DNA of 26,592 nt from Deltaproteobacteria bacterium. Its GTDB lineage: Bacteria; UBA10199; JACPAL01; JACOUP01. The stretch spans positions 1 through 26,592 of the forward strand of contig JAUSKE010000072.1 in the NCBI GenBank assembly GCA_030649435.1, given 5' to 3'. Below are positions 14,897 to 23,442 of this stretch, piece after piece; position 1 is the first letter of the stretch; each line of letters begins with the position of its first letter. Below the pieces are notes generated by a model. That model did not search any database, had not been told where the DNA came from, and saw nothing but the letters and a program-made list of their open reading frames with translations. Made by a program: the position numbers and the translations under genes.

Positions 14897-15487
14897 ATGG
14901 CACTCAAGACCAAATATTCTTTACTTTCCCATTTTAGCGTTGAGAATCTCTATAACTCATTTGTCGCACTGTCGCCTCAGAACCGTTTGGTGGCGATGGG
15001 GGTCGGGGGTTTTGTGGTGATCCTCCTTGTCTTGCTGCCGATTTCCATCATGTCGAGTAAAGTGGGGTCGCTACAGAGAGAGATCGGCTCTTCGCAAGAC
15101 TCTGTTCGTCAGATTGCTGAGAAGCTCGAGGAGTATCAAAAATTAAAAGAAGCGATTGACCAGATGGAAAGATCGCTCGGTGTGGGGATCAGCTCTCTCC
15201 CTTCGGCGATTGAAACAGTCGCTTCCAAGAATAATCTCCGTTCCAACCTGGACTCTCTCCGAGGCAAGCCGAACGTCGATACCGATTTTCTGGAGGGGCA
15301 GGCGGTTGAATTGAAACTCTCGCGCGTGAGTCTCACCCAATTAGTTGATTTTCTCTATTCGGTTGAGAATTATCCCTCTGGACTGATGAAGATTACCAAA
15401 ATTCAGATAAGGCCGATGTATTCAAATAGGGCTCTTTTGGACGTCTCTTTGGAGATTGCGAACTACACACTCAAAAAAGGAACTTAA
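14897..15487 (+). CDS. gspM: Type II secretion protein GspM
   Basis: Single TM (LSPQNRLVAMGVGGFVVILLVLLP), coiled coil, ferredoxin-like end (VELKLSRVSLTQLVDFLYSVE); directly abuts the gspL stop. Confidence 0.85.
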   Translation: MALKTKYSLLSHFSVENLYNSFVALSPQNRLVAMGVGGFVVILLVLLPISIMSSKVGSLQREIGSSQDSVRQIAEKLEEYQKLKEAIDQMERSLGVGISSLPSAIETVASKNNLRSNLDSLRGKPNVDTDFLEGQAVELKLSRVSLTQLVDFLYSVENYPSGLMKITKIQIRPMYSNRALLDVSLEIANYTLKKGT

Positions 15488-16402
15488 TTGAAACTTTCTC
15501 TTCGTCTTTTCATCTATGCCGGTCTGGGCCTCTTCTCTTTTACCCTCTTTTTGATGATGCTCTTCCCCTATGACAGTATCCGGGGCCGTCTTGTCAGGGA
15601 GGTCGAGAATAGCCTAGGGTCAGGTTATCAGGTGAGCATTGGCAAACTACGCCCATACCCTCTTTTGGGGCTTTCTCTTCGGGACGTAGCCATCAAGCAG
15701 AATTCACTCACACTTGTAAAGATCAACAAGGCCTTACTTTCCTTTAAACTCCTGCCGTTTCTCTGGGGCTCTTTTCAAGTCAACTTTGATTTCACCCTCG
15801 ACAAGAGCGAGGTGGAGGGATTTTTGGCCATCAGCAAGAGTAATACCCACATTGATTGGGAACTGAACGACTTTAATTTTAAGGATCTCGGTTATTTGGC
15901 CAGCCGTTATGGGCTGAACCTTACAAGCCGGATTGATGGCAAAGGGTCGCTGGAACTTTTTCCTCAGGACCCGTTAAAAACAACCGGACGGGTCGTCTTC
16001 GCCTTTAAAGAGATGAAGCTGCTCGAATCCGAAATGAAAATAGGCGAAGGGGAATCGGCGATTCCTTTTAGCTTGCCTCTCCTCCAGATGGCTGGGGGTA
16101 GTGATAAATCAGGCCTGGAGATTTTGATTGATAAAGGGAGTATGGAATTCAAAACGATTGAACTCAAAGGACCAGATCTGTTTTTAAGTCTTGCGGGGAA
16201 GGTCTACATGTCACAAAACTGGGATGACAGTCGCTTTAGCCTGACCGGCAACTTTGGGGTAAGCCCCGCTGCGGGGTCCAAACTTCCTCTGCTCGCCCTT
16301 GTCGACAAAGAGAAGGGGATTGATGGGAAATTCCCACTGGTACTCACTGGTCGTCTCAACAAGCCGAACATACAGATCGGTTCGACACGGCTTCCTTTCT
16401 AG
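15488..16402 (+). CDS. gspN: Type II secretion protein GspN
   Basis: N-terminal TM ending LFPYDSIRGRL followed by beta-rich repeats; last gene of the cluster; TTG start abutting the gspM stop. Confidence 0.8.
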   Translation: MKLSLRLFIYAGLGLFSFTLFLMMLFPYDSIRGRLVREVENSLGSGYQVSIGKLRPYPLLGLSLRDVAIKQNSLTLVKINKALLSFKLLPFLWGSFQVNFDFTLDKSEVEGFLAISKSNTHIDWELNDFNFKDLGYLASRYGLNLTSRIDGKGSLELFPQDPLKTTGRVVFAFKEMKLLESEMKIGEGESAIPFSLPLLQMAGGSDKSGLEILIDKGSMEFKTIELKGPDLFLSLAGKVYMSQNWDDSRFSLTGNFGVSPAAGSKLPLLALVDKEKGIDGKFPLVLTGRLNKPNIQIGSTRLPF

Positions 16403-16442
16403 TACAGCAGCTATTTAATTTTAGACTGTAGGTAGCTGCACA

Positions 16443-16505
16443 AGTGTTTGTAAACAATAAAGCTTCACTCTATTTCATAGAGCAAATTTTTATTGTACAA
16501 ACACT
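16443..16505. terminator. Long AT-rich stem-loop between convergent gspN and ftsB-like genes (possible bidirectional terminator or structured RNA)
   Basis: AGTGTTTGTA/TACAAACACT (10 bp), 2-nt bulge, CAATAAA/TTTATTG (7 bp), 6x6 internal loop, CTCTAT/ATAGAG (6 bp), TTC loop. Confidence 0.5.
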
Positions 16506-16791
16506 AGGGCGAGACAACAAAGGCAATTTCATCCGGGTGAACCATCCCCAGTTCTTCACGGATTGTCCTTTCCAAGCGGTTGGGGTCCCGTAGTGATTGA
16601 ATCAGGAGGGCTGTCTTTTTACTCTGTTGGCCGAGGTCGGTAATCTCCCGGTGCAATTTGTTCTCCAGCTTATTCATCCGGTAGAGATCGATCAACCCTT
16701 GGTGTCCGAAGAGGGTTGCGACAAGAAAGAGAAAGACCGACAGAATGGTAAATTTTTGAAAAGGGGGGTTATTGGAGAGCTGTTTGATCAT
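16504..16791 (-). CDS. FtsB/DivIC-family septum formation initiator
   Basis: 95 aa: TM, then GHQGL, a heptad coiled coil and [16 protein letters not shown], matching the family IE..AR..LG...P.E end. ATGA overlap with ruvB. Confidence 0.8.
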   Translation of the reverse strand: MIKQLSNNPPFQKFTILSVFLFLVATLFGHQGLIDLYRMNKLENKLHREITDLGQQSKKTALLIQSLRDPNRLERTIREELGMVHPDEIAFVVSP

Positions 16792-17831
16792 GAAAAGAGC
16801 GCCCCTTGCTCTTTGTTTTTGAACGGTCGACCCAAGTGCTGGTAAGCTAGTTTTGTGGCGACACGCCCTCTTGATGTTCTATTCAGATAGCCGCTCTGGA
16901 TCAGGAACGGTTCGTAAACATCTTCGATCGTCTCTTTTTCTTCACTGATGGCGGAAGATAATGTCTCAACACCGACGGGGCCTCCCTCAAATTTATCGAT
17001 GATGGTCAAAAGAATTTTTCGATCCATCGCGTCGAACCCTTTCTCATCCACTTCCAGGAGTGTTAAGGCCTCTCTGGCACCGATCAGATCAATAGTACCG
17101 GCCCGCCTCACCTGGACAAAATCTCGGACGCGGCGGAGCAACCGATTAGCGATACGGGGAGTCCCGCGCGACCGATGAGAAATTTCATTGGCCCCCTCAC
17201 TCGAAATTTGGACGGCGAGGATTTTGGCTGAGCGCTGGATAATCCTCATCAACTCTTCGGGAGAGTAGAAATCGAGACGGGCGGTGATGCCAAAACGGTC
17301 CCGGAGAGGGGAGGTTAAAAGCCCGGCCCGTGTCGTTGCGCCAATCAAGGTAAATTTAGGCAGATCCAGTTTGACCGTCTTCGCCGATGGCCCCTGACCG
17401 ATGATGATGTCGAGCTTGAAATCCTCCATCGCCGGGTAGAGGATCTCTTCAATAATTTTTGAGAGCCGGTGGATCTCGTCGATAAAAAGGATATCCCCTT
17501 GCTCCAGATTGGTCAGGATAGCGGCCAGATCCCCCGGTCGTTCGATCGCTGGCCCCGAGGTTGACTTGATCTGGACCCCCCGTTCATTGGCGATAATGGT
17601 GGCGAGCGATGTTTTACCGAGGCCTGGAGGACCGCAGAAGAGGGCGTGATCGAGCGGTTCTTTTCGCTTTGTGGCCGCCTCAATAAAGACCGAAAGGTTC
17701 TTTTTGACCGATTCCTGACCGATAAATTCAGCAAAATTTCGGGGGCGGAGAGAGTTTTCGATCTCTAAATCTTCAGGGATCGGGATTGGAGTGAGCTCCG
17801 AGTGGCTCCTAGGGTCGGGTGCCGCAGTCAT
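16788..17831 (-). CDS. ruvB: Holliday junction branch migration ATPase RuvB
   Basis: [53 protein letters not shown]. Confidence 0.98.
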   Translation of the reverse strand: MTAAPDPRSHSELTPIPIPEDLEIENSLRPRNFAEFIGQESVKKNLSVFIEAATKRKEPLDHALFCGPPGLGKTSLATIIANERGVQIKSTSGPAIERPGDLAAILTNLEQGDILFIDEIHRLSKIIEEILYPAMEDFKLDIIIGQGPSAKTVKLDLPKFTLIGATTRAGLLTSPLRDRFGITARLDFYSPEELMRIIQRSAKILAVQISSEGANEISHRSRGTPRIANRLLRRVRDFVQVRRAGTIDLIGAREALTLLEVDEKGFDAMDRKILLTIIDKFEGGPVGVETLSSAISEEKETIEDVYEPFLIQSGYLNRTSRGRVATKLAYQHLGRPFKNKEQGALFS

Positions 17832-17895
17832 AGGCCTTACTTTTAAACCAGTTTGGCCAGGGAAGCAAGATTTTACTAAAAGGTTTGTTCCTCGC

Positions 17896-18492
17896 CTAGG
17901 CCAATAACTTCAACGCCTCTTTCAGGGCTGTTTCAATTGGCAAACCTTCTTTTAAGGTCAGTTGGGAAATCGTTCGTTCGGCGATCTGGCGGGTGTAACC
18001 CAGGTTGGTGAGTGCGGAGAGGAGGTCGTCATAGATTCTCCGCTTGCTGCCGTCCGGTTCCATCTTGGAGGAATGATGGGTCGCCATAAAACCAACCAGT
18101 TTATCCTTAAGATCCACAATCATCCTCTCCGCTGTTTTACGGCCGATACCAGAAATGGCGGTGAGGCGGACAAGGTCTTCCTTATAGAGAGAGGCGGCTA
18201 GTTCATCCGGGGCGATCCCCGAAAGGATCGTTAAGGCTAGTTTCGGGCCGATACCGGAGACGGTGATCAGTTTTTCAAAGAGTTCTTTTTCGGAAGGTTC
18301 CAAAAAACCGTAGAGCGAAATCTCCCCCTCCCGAACATGCGTGTGGATCAAAAGCACGATGGTTTGGCCGAGAGCTGGAAGACGCTCATGGCAAGAAAGC
18401 GAGAGAAAGGTTTTATAGCCAACCCCTCCCACATCGATAATGATGTGGTCTTTATCTTTAACGACGAGAGTTCCCTTAAGACGCGCGATCAT
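17896..18492 (-). CDS. ruvA: Holliday junction DNA-binding protein RuvA
   Basis: [54 protein letters not shown]. Confidence 0.97.
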   Translation of the reverse strand: MIARLKGTLVVKDKDHIIIDVGGVGYKTFLSLSCHERLPALGQTIVLLIHTHVREGEISLYGFLEPSEKELFEKLITVSGIGPKLALTILSGIAPDELAASLYKEDLVRLTAISGIGRKTAERMIVDLKDKLVGFMATHHSSKMEPDGSKRRIYDDLLSALTNLGYTRQIAERTISQLTLKEGLPIETALKEALKLLA

Positions 18493-18967
18493 AGCTTTTC
18501 ATCTTCCTCGATTGGAAATGGCAAAAGGCGATGGCCAGCGCATCGGAGGCATCGACCGCCGACGGTTCGGGCAATTTTAAGAGCCGCTGGATCATCTTTT
18601 GGACCTGTTGTTTATCCGCCTGCCCATAGCCGGTAATCGCCTGCTTCACCTCGCGGGCACTGTATTCAAACATCGGGAGTCCTTGATTTTCAATCGCAAG
18701 CAGGGCCACACCTCGGGCCTCTCCCAGCTTGAGGGCAGACCGAACGTTTTGCGCGAAGAAGACCTCTTCGATCGCCACTTCATCCGGGCGGAATTTTTTG
18801 AGAAGAATTCCTAAGTTTGTGTAGATTTCGTGGAGACGGGCCGAAAAAAGTTTGCGAGGGGAGGGGGCAATCACACCGCTATCAACATGCAAAATGTCGG
18901 CGCCATTCTTTTCAAGAACTCCGTAACCGGTCACCAGCGATCCAGGGTCTATCCCAAGGATTCTCAT
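18476..18967 (-). CDS. ruvC: Crossover junction endodeoxyribonuclease RuvC
   Basis: ILGIDPGS, AIEEVF, LGEARG, EYSAREVKQAITGYGQADKQQV, DASDALAIA catalytic acidic residues. Confidence 0.97.
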   Translation of the reverse strand: MRILGIDPGSLVTGYGVLEKNGADILHVDSGVIAPSPRKLFSARLHEIYTNLGILLKKFRPDEVAIEEVFFAQNVRSALKLGEARGVALLAIENQGLPMFEYSAREVKQAITGYGQADKQQVQKMIQRLLKLPEPSAVDASDALAIAFCHFQSRKMKSYDRAS

Positions 18968-19717
18968 CTAGATTGCAATCTTTTCCATCACCTCTTTGGG
19001 GATGTCGAAGTTGGCATAAACATTTTGGATGTCATCATGATCCTCCAGCGCCTCCATCAACTTGATCATCTGTTCGGCGGCAGCACCAACGAGTGGGACA
19101 GTGTTTTGCGGAACCATGGTGACTTCTCCATCGGTTGGTTTCAATCCTTTGTCGATCAAGTCCTTCTTCACCTTTTCAAAGGTATGAGGATCGGTCCAGA
19201 CGTCGAAAGTTTCCCCTTCGTCCTTAATATCCTCAGCACCGACCTCAAGGGCGACATCCATCAGCTGTTCCTCGCTGACTTTTGACTTGTCATAATGGAG
19301 GATCCCTTTTTTGGAAAAGACCCAAGAGACAGAACCAGGTTCTCCCAAATTACCACCATTTCTCGAAAGAATGTGACGTATTTCCGCAATGCTCCTGTTC
19401 TTGTTGTCGGTCATGACATCAAACATGATGGCGACACCACCGGGGCCATACCCTTCATAAGTGCTTTCTTCATAATTGACCCCTTCCAGCTCCCCGGTCC
19501 CTTTTTTAATCGCACGGGTGATATTATCTTGAGGCATATTGGCCGCCTTGGCCTTTTCAAGAACTGTTCGAAGGCGGGGGTTATTGTTGGGATCACCACC
19601 ACCGGCCTTGGCAGCCACCGTTAGCTCGCGGATAACCTTGGTAAAGACCTTTCCCCGTTTGGCATCCGAAGCCCCTTTTTTTCTTTTTATGGTGGCCCAC
19701 TTGGAATGACCCGACAT
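18968..19717 (-). CDS. yebC: YebC/PmpR (TACO1) family protein (249 aa)
   Basis: [48 protein letters not shown] Shine-Dalgarno before the ATG at 19717 (the ORF-track start at 19786 is too early). Confidence 0.97.
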   Translation of the reverse strand: MSGHSKWATIKRKKGASDAKRGKVFTKVIRELTVAAKAGGGDPNNNPRLRTVLEKAKAANMPQDNITRAIKKGTGELEGVNYEESTYEGYGPGGVAIMFDVMTDNKNRSIAEIRHILSRNGGNLGEPGSVSWVFSKKGILHYDKSKVSEEQLMDVALEVGAEDIKDEGETFDVWTDPHTFEKVKKDLIDKGLKPTDGEVTMVPQNTVPLVGAAAEQMIKLMEALEDHDDIQNVYANFDIPKEVMEKIAI

Positions 19718-19727
19718 AGAGATCTCC

Positions 19728-20882
19728 TTACTTTTTAAGAAATGGTATTGACGGTAACGAAGGGATCTTCCCCTTGATCTCTTCAAGAAGAGGGGTGAGT
19801 TTGTAGAATGGGATTCGATCCAGTTGACTCAAATAAGGTTCCAACTTTTCAGTTTCGAACGGCCGGCCGGCAATGTTGATGTCGTAACCCTTTTCTAAAA
19901 AGTTTTTGGGGTTGTGCCAGCCGAGGGTGCCCAGGGAACTGACAACAATGAGGGAGACGAGAAAGATCAGAGGGTAGTACCAGCGGTAGGCAGTTCGAAT
20001 GACGACGGTCCGTCCTGCCGTATCCCCAGGTCTTTGCCTTTTTCGTGAAAGAAGGGTGCAGAGGTAACTGACCGGATTCAGATCGAAAGGGAGAAAAAGT
20101 GATCGGGTCAAGATCCCGGAAATACCAATCCGCTGGCCTGATTCCTGCGAGAGCTTGAGGCCAAGAAGGAGCTTGCCGGGTGTCCCCTCAAAAAGGAGAT
20201 TTAAGGTGAAGAGGTAGAGGAGCGCGACGAGAGGGGTTAGATTCAAAAAAAGGAGGTTTAACGGACCCTGACCGACAGGGATCATTAAGAGGTAGCCGCC
20301 GACCCACCCAATAAAAAGGAGGAGGTCAATCACAAAACAGAGGGTCCGTCGGAGCGTCGAGGCGTAGCGGCGTTCCTCCTCAATAGGCTTGTCTGACTTT
20401 TGCCTGACGACGATTGTTTGGGAGAGGATATCTCCCAGCCGCTGACGGTTTCGAGTCCCTTCAATCAGGGCGATCAAAAAGATTGGGAAGCCCAAGAGAT
20501 CGATGAAGCGGATGAGATTGCGAAGAATAATTGAGAAGAGCGAAGCGGCGCGCCCCTCTGAGTGAAGGACCCGGATACCGACCAAGAGCTTGCCTGGCGT
20601 AGCGGCAAAAATCCCCTCAAAGAGGAGGTGGTAGAGAAAGATAAAAGAGAGGCTAGTGGAGAGAAAGAGGACCTGCTGAAAGCCATGGAAATGGGGGAGC
20701 GGGCGCAGTTCCCCCTTGAAAAAGAGGGTCAAGGTGCCGGACCAGATCCAGATAAGGTACCCCAAGATGATCGAATCGAGAACGAACGCGGCAAAGCGGT
20801 CGTTCAGCGAGGCGAGTTTGAAGACAAAACTCTCTTCTTGGGTTTTATCTTCCGGGAACGTGTCAATTAATTCTTCGCTCAT
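19728..20882 (-). CDS. Membrane protein with two tandem RDD domains
   Basis: Two copies of R.....D / TPGKLL.G / R......D / RQR.GD...T.V (residues about 24-160 and 175-297), then a TM and a soluble tail. Confidence 0.85.
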   Translation of the reverse strand: MSEELIDTFPEDKTQEESFVFKLASLNDRFAAFVLDSIILGYLIWIWSGTLTLFFKGELRPLPHFHGFQQVLFLSTSLSFIFLYHLLFEGIFAATPGKLLVGIRVLHSEGRAASLFSIILRNLIRFIDLLGFPIFLIALIEGTRNRQRLGDILSQTIVVRQKSDKPIEEERRYASTLRRTLCFVIDLLLFIGWVGGYLLMIPVGQGPLNLLFLNLTPLVALLYLFTLNLLFEGTPGKLLLGLKLSQESGQRIGISGILTRSLFLPFDLNPVSYLCTLLSRKRQRPGDTAGRTVVIRTAYRWYYPLIFLVSLIVVSSLGTLGWHNPKNFLEKGYDINIAGRPFETEKLEPYLSQLDRIPFYKLTPLLEEIKGKIPSLPSIPFLKK

Positions 20883-21631
20883 TTTTTTCTGTCGATTCGT
20901 TCGAGAACCTTTCTCGGATGATCGGTAATAATACCGGTCAGATCCATCGATAAGGCCCGTTCTATATCATTCTCTTCATTCACGGTCCAAACAAAAATCC
21001 TGTACCCCTCTTTTTTGAAAGCTTCAACCCTTTCTTTTGTGGCGAGCCGGAGCGAGAGGTGGAGGGAGGATGGCCTAAGACAGTGACGCACCCAAGCATT
21101 TCTTCCGGGGAGCGACATCCCCTCCCAAAAAAGAAGGCCGCACCGAACGGAGGAAAATTTCTTCTTAAAGTAGAAGAGGGGGAGGGGGTTGAAAGAGGAA
21201 ATCAAGAACTGTTCTGAGTCGTATTTTGAAATAATAGAACCAATAGAATTAGACAGTTGAATTGAATTAATTAGAGAACACTTTAGCTCTATATTAAAGA
21301 GGCCACGCCCTTTGACAAGGTCACAGGCTTCTTCGAGGGTTGGGATTTTGTATCGCCCTCCAAGCCGTATTTTTTTGATCTCTTCCGCAGTTCGCCCCTC
21401 AATCCGGCCCCCCCTTCCGGTGAGTCGCTCAAAGTTTTCGTCGTGATACAGAAACGGGACCCCATCGGCACTCAGCCGGACATCGACCTCGACGCCGTCG
21501 GCCCCCAGTTTGAGGGCAGAATCGATCGCCTCCAGCGTATTTTCAACTGCCGTTTCGGTATCTCCGCGATGGGCCAATACAAGAGGCCTGCCCTGCGCCC
21601 TGAGCGTAGTCGAAGGGTCGAAGGGACTCAT
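20879..21631 (-). CDS. Glycerophosphodiester phosphodiesterase (GDPD family)
   Basis: LAHRG, ENT, GVEVDV, HD, NIELK, ISSFN, WTVN, GIITDHP; ATGA-type overlaps at both ends. Confidence 0.93.
   Translation of the reverse strand: MSPFDPSTTLRAQGRPLVLAHRGDTETAVENTLEAIDSALKLGADGVEVDVRLSADGVPFLYHDENFERLTGRGGRIEGRTAEEIKKIRLGGRYKIPTLEEACDLVKGRGLFNIELKCSLINSIQLSNSIGSIISKYDSEQFLISSFNPLPLFYFKKKFSSVRCGLLFWEGMSLPGRNAWVRHCLRPSSLHLSLRLATKERVEAFKKEGYRIFVWTVNEENDIERALSMDLTGIITDHPRKVLERIDRKK
21586..21625. repeat. Nested short repeat (bulged hairpin, CCCTGAGCGTAGTCGAAGGG type), in-frame in the GDPD N-terminus
   Basis: GCCTGCCCTGC[GCCCTGAGCGTAGTCGAAGGG]TCGAAGGG, with GCCCTG and TCGAAGGG each duplicated; encodes PFDPSTTLRAQGR on the minus strand. 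Confidence 0.65.
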
Positions 21632-22404
21632 AAAACCCCCAATTCATGTTGAAGGAGGGAGAGAAAGACGATGGTTGCGGTTTCGGCCCGAAGGATCCGG
21701 TGGCCGAGCGTGATCGGAATAAAACCGGCCGCTTTTGTTTCTTCCAGCTCCTCTTCCGAAAAACCTCCCTCCGGTCCGATGAGGCAGACTACTTTCTCAA
21801 TCTGAAACGCAGGCATGTTTCGAAGTGCCGTACCGACCGCCGGTTCCCTTAAAATATCCCTCAGGCGGTTCTTGGTTTCCCTCTCCCAGAGGATGAGCTT
21901 GACCGCCGTGGCCTCCACGCCATCAAGCAGTTGGGTGAGCGGTTGTGGTGGTACGATCTCTGGCAAGCTGCTTCGGCCACACTGTTTGGCGGCGGCGAGC
22001 GCAATTTTTTCCCATCGGGTTGTTTTTTCGGTCCCTTTGGGTGAATCACCCTTGGGGATTGTTCGCGAGGAGGAAAACGGGATAATCTTTGAAACTCCCA
22101 ATTCGGTCGCCTTCTGGATCACAAATTCCATCTTGTCGCTCTTCAAGAGCGCCTGGCCTAGGGTGATTTGGAATCTTTCTTCCGGTACTTTATGTTTTTC
22201 AATGAGGTGGATCTGGACCGTTGTGCCGAGGCTTGCGATCTTTCCCTTGAACTGATGACCCTGACCGTCAAAGACATTGACGGTGTCACCGATTTCGAGA
22301 CGGAGCACTGTTCGCAGGTGCCGCGCCTCGCTCCCTTTTAGAAAGGCCGAATCGGCGCTGAGATTTTCCGGAGAGACATAGAAAGAGGGCATAGGTGACT
22401 TCAT
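21628..22404 (-). CDS. rsmE: 16S rRNA m3U1498 methyltransferase RsmE
   Basis: HLRTVLRL, QALLKSDKMEFVIQKATELG, AAAKQCGR, IGPEGGF, LGHRILRAETA. The start may be the ATG at 22392 (MPSFYV). Confidence 0.96.
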   Translation of the reverse strand: MKSPMPSFYVSPENLSADSAFLKGSEARHLRTVLRLEIGDTVNVFDGQGHQFKGKIASLGTTVQIHLIEKHKVPEERFQITLGQALLKSDKMEFVIQKATELGVSKIIPFSSSRTIPKGDSPKGTEKTTRWEKIALAAAKQCGRSSLPEIVPPQPLTQLLDGVEATAVKLILWERETKNRLRDILREPAVGTALRNMPAFQIEKVVCLIGPEGGFSEEELEETKAAGFIPITLGHRILRAETATIVFLSLLQHELGVL

Positions 22405-22462
22405 AGTGGAGAGTGAACTTCTTGTAAAGTGAAAGGCGTCATGTTAGGGGACGAGGCATTCT

Positions 22463-23419
22463 ATGACACTAGCCATCGGCATTGATGTGGGGGGGACGAA
22501 TATCCGTGGTGGGGTGGTGGATGAAACGGGCAAAATCCTGAAGCGAGCCCGGCTCTCCTCTGATTCTCGTTTGGGCAAGGGTCACTTTTTAAATCAGCTT
22601 AAGAAGGTGGTCGATGAATTAGGTGTAGTGGCGGCTGGGCCGCCACTACTACAGGGCATTGCTATTGGCCTGCCAGGGATCGTTGATCCGGCGCAAGGGA
22701 TCGTCTATGCCTCCCCCCATTTTGAAGACTGGAAGAACTGGAACGCCGTCAATGATATTGAAAAACTGTTGGGGCGACGACCAGAAATCGACAACGACGC
22801 TAACTTTGCCGTACTGGGGGAGGGTTGGCTTGGGGCTGCAAAGGAATGGCCGCATTATCTCATGATAACCTTGGGGACCGGTATCGGTGGCGGGATTGTG
22901 ATCGATAAAAAAGTTTGGCATGGGGATCGCGGTTTTGCCGGAGAGTTTGGGCACATTATTGTCGAAACGGAGGGGCCTCGCTGTTTTTGCGGAGGGCGAG
23001 GGTGTCTTGAGATGTTTGCCTCGGCGACCGGTTTGAAGATCCTGATCGAAGAGGCTCCCGAGGCGATCGACAAGCGTGATTTTCTCCGCTTGTGCGACAA
23101 AGAGATTGAAGGGATCACGATGGAGGAGGTTTATCGGTTGGCTCAGGACGGCAACTCTTTTGCCATCAGTCTTTTTAAAAGGGTCGGTTTTTATCTCGGT
23201 GTTGGTATCGCCTCTTTGGTGAACACCTTGGGGATGGAACGGGTTGTTATCGGTGGCGGCATTCGGGCCGCCTGGGATTTCTTTATCGGCGAGGCGAAGA
23301 AGGAAGTCGGGAAGAGGACCTACAAAGAAACCGCCGCGAGGCTTCAGATTGTTCCCTCCGCTCTTGGTGATGATGCCGGTATCCTCGGTGCTGCCGCAAG
23401 AGTATTTACTTTGAGCTGA
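22463..23419 (+). CDS. ROK-family sugar kinase (glucokinase-like)
   Basis: IDVGGTNIR, NDAN, ITLGTGIGGG, GEFGH, CFCGGRGCLE Zn motif, DDAGILGAA; no N-terminal HTH. Confidence 0.94.
   Translation: MTLAIGIDVGGTNIRGGVVDETGKILKRARLSSDSRLGKGHFLNQLKKVVDELGVVAAGPPLLQGIAIGLPGIVDPAQGIVYASPHFEDWKNWNAVNDIEKLLGRRPEIDNDANFAVLGEGWLGAAKEWPHYLMITLGTGIGGGIVIDKKVWHGDRGFAGEFGHIIVETEGPRCFCGGRGCLEMFASATGLKILIEEAPEAIDKRDFLRLCDKEIEGITMEEVYRLAQDGNSFAISLFKRVGFYLGVGIASLVNTLGMERVVIGGGIRAAWDFFIGEAKKEVGKRTYKETAARLQIVPSALGDDAGILGAAARVFTLS
22625..22649. repeat. Perfect GTAG...CTAC palindrome, in-frame in the ROK kinase
   Basis: GTAGTGGCGG-CTGGG-CCGCCACTAC, 10 of 10 bp arms; encodes VVAAGPPL. Confidence 0.7.
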
Positions 23420-23442
23420 TCCTCTGGTACCAGCGACAGTCA

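Noticed and set aside
17832-17868. Possible leaderless promoter for ruvB (TTGCTT-17-TAAAAG-8-ATG)
   Set aside because: The -10 lacks the conserved final T. The spacing is suggestive but not enough support.
12375-21596. Identical 12-mer GGCCTGCCCTGC at 12375 and 21585
   Set aside because: Dozens of 12-mer matches are expected by chance in a 26.6-kb window, so this is not evidence by itself.
21809-21837. Possible decayed REP in an RsmE loop (VGTALRNMPA)
   Set aside because: Only 5 bp pair (GGCAT/GTGCC) and there are no GTAG/CTAC ends. The loop looks longer than usual, so it is worth rechecking once a REP consensus exists.
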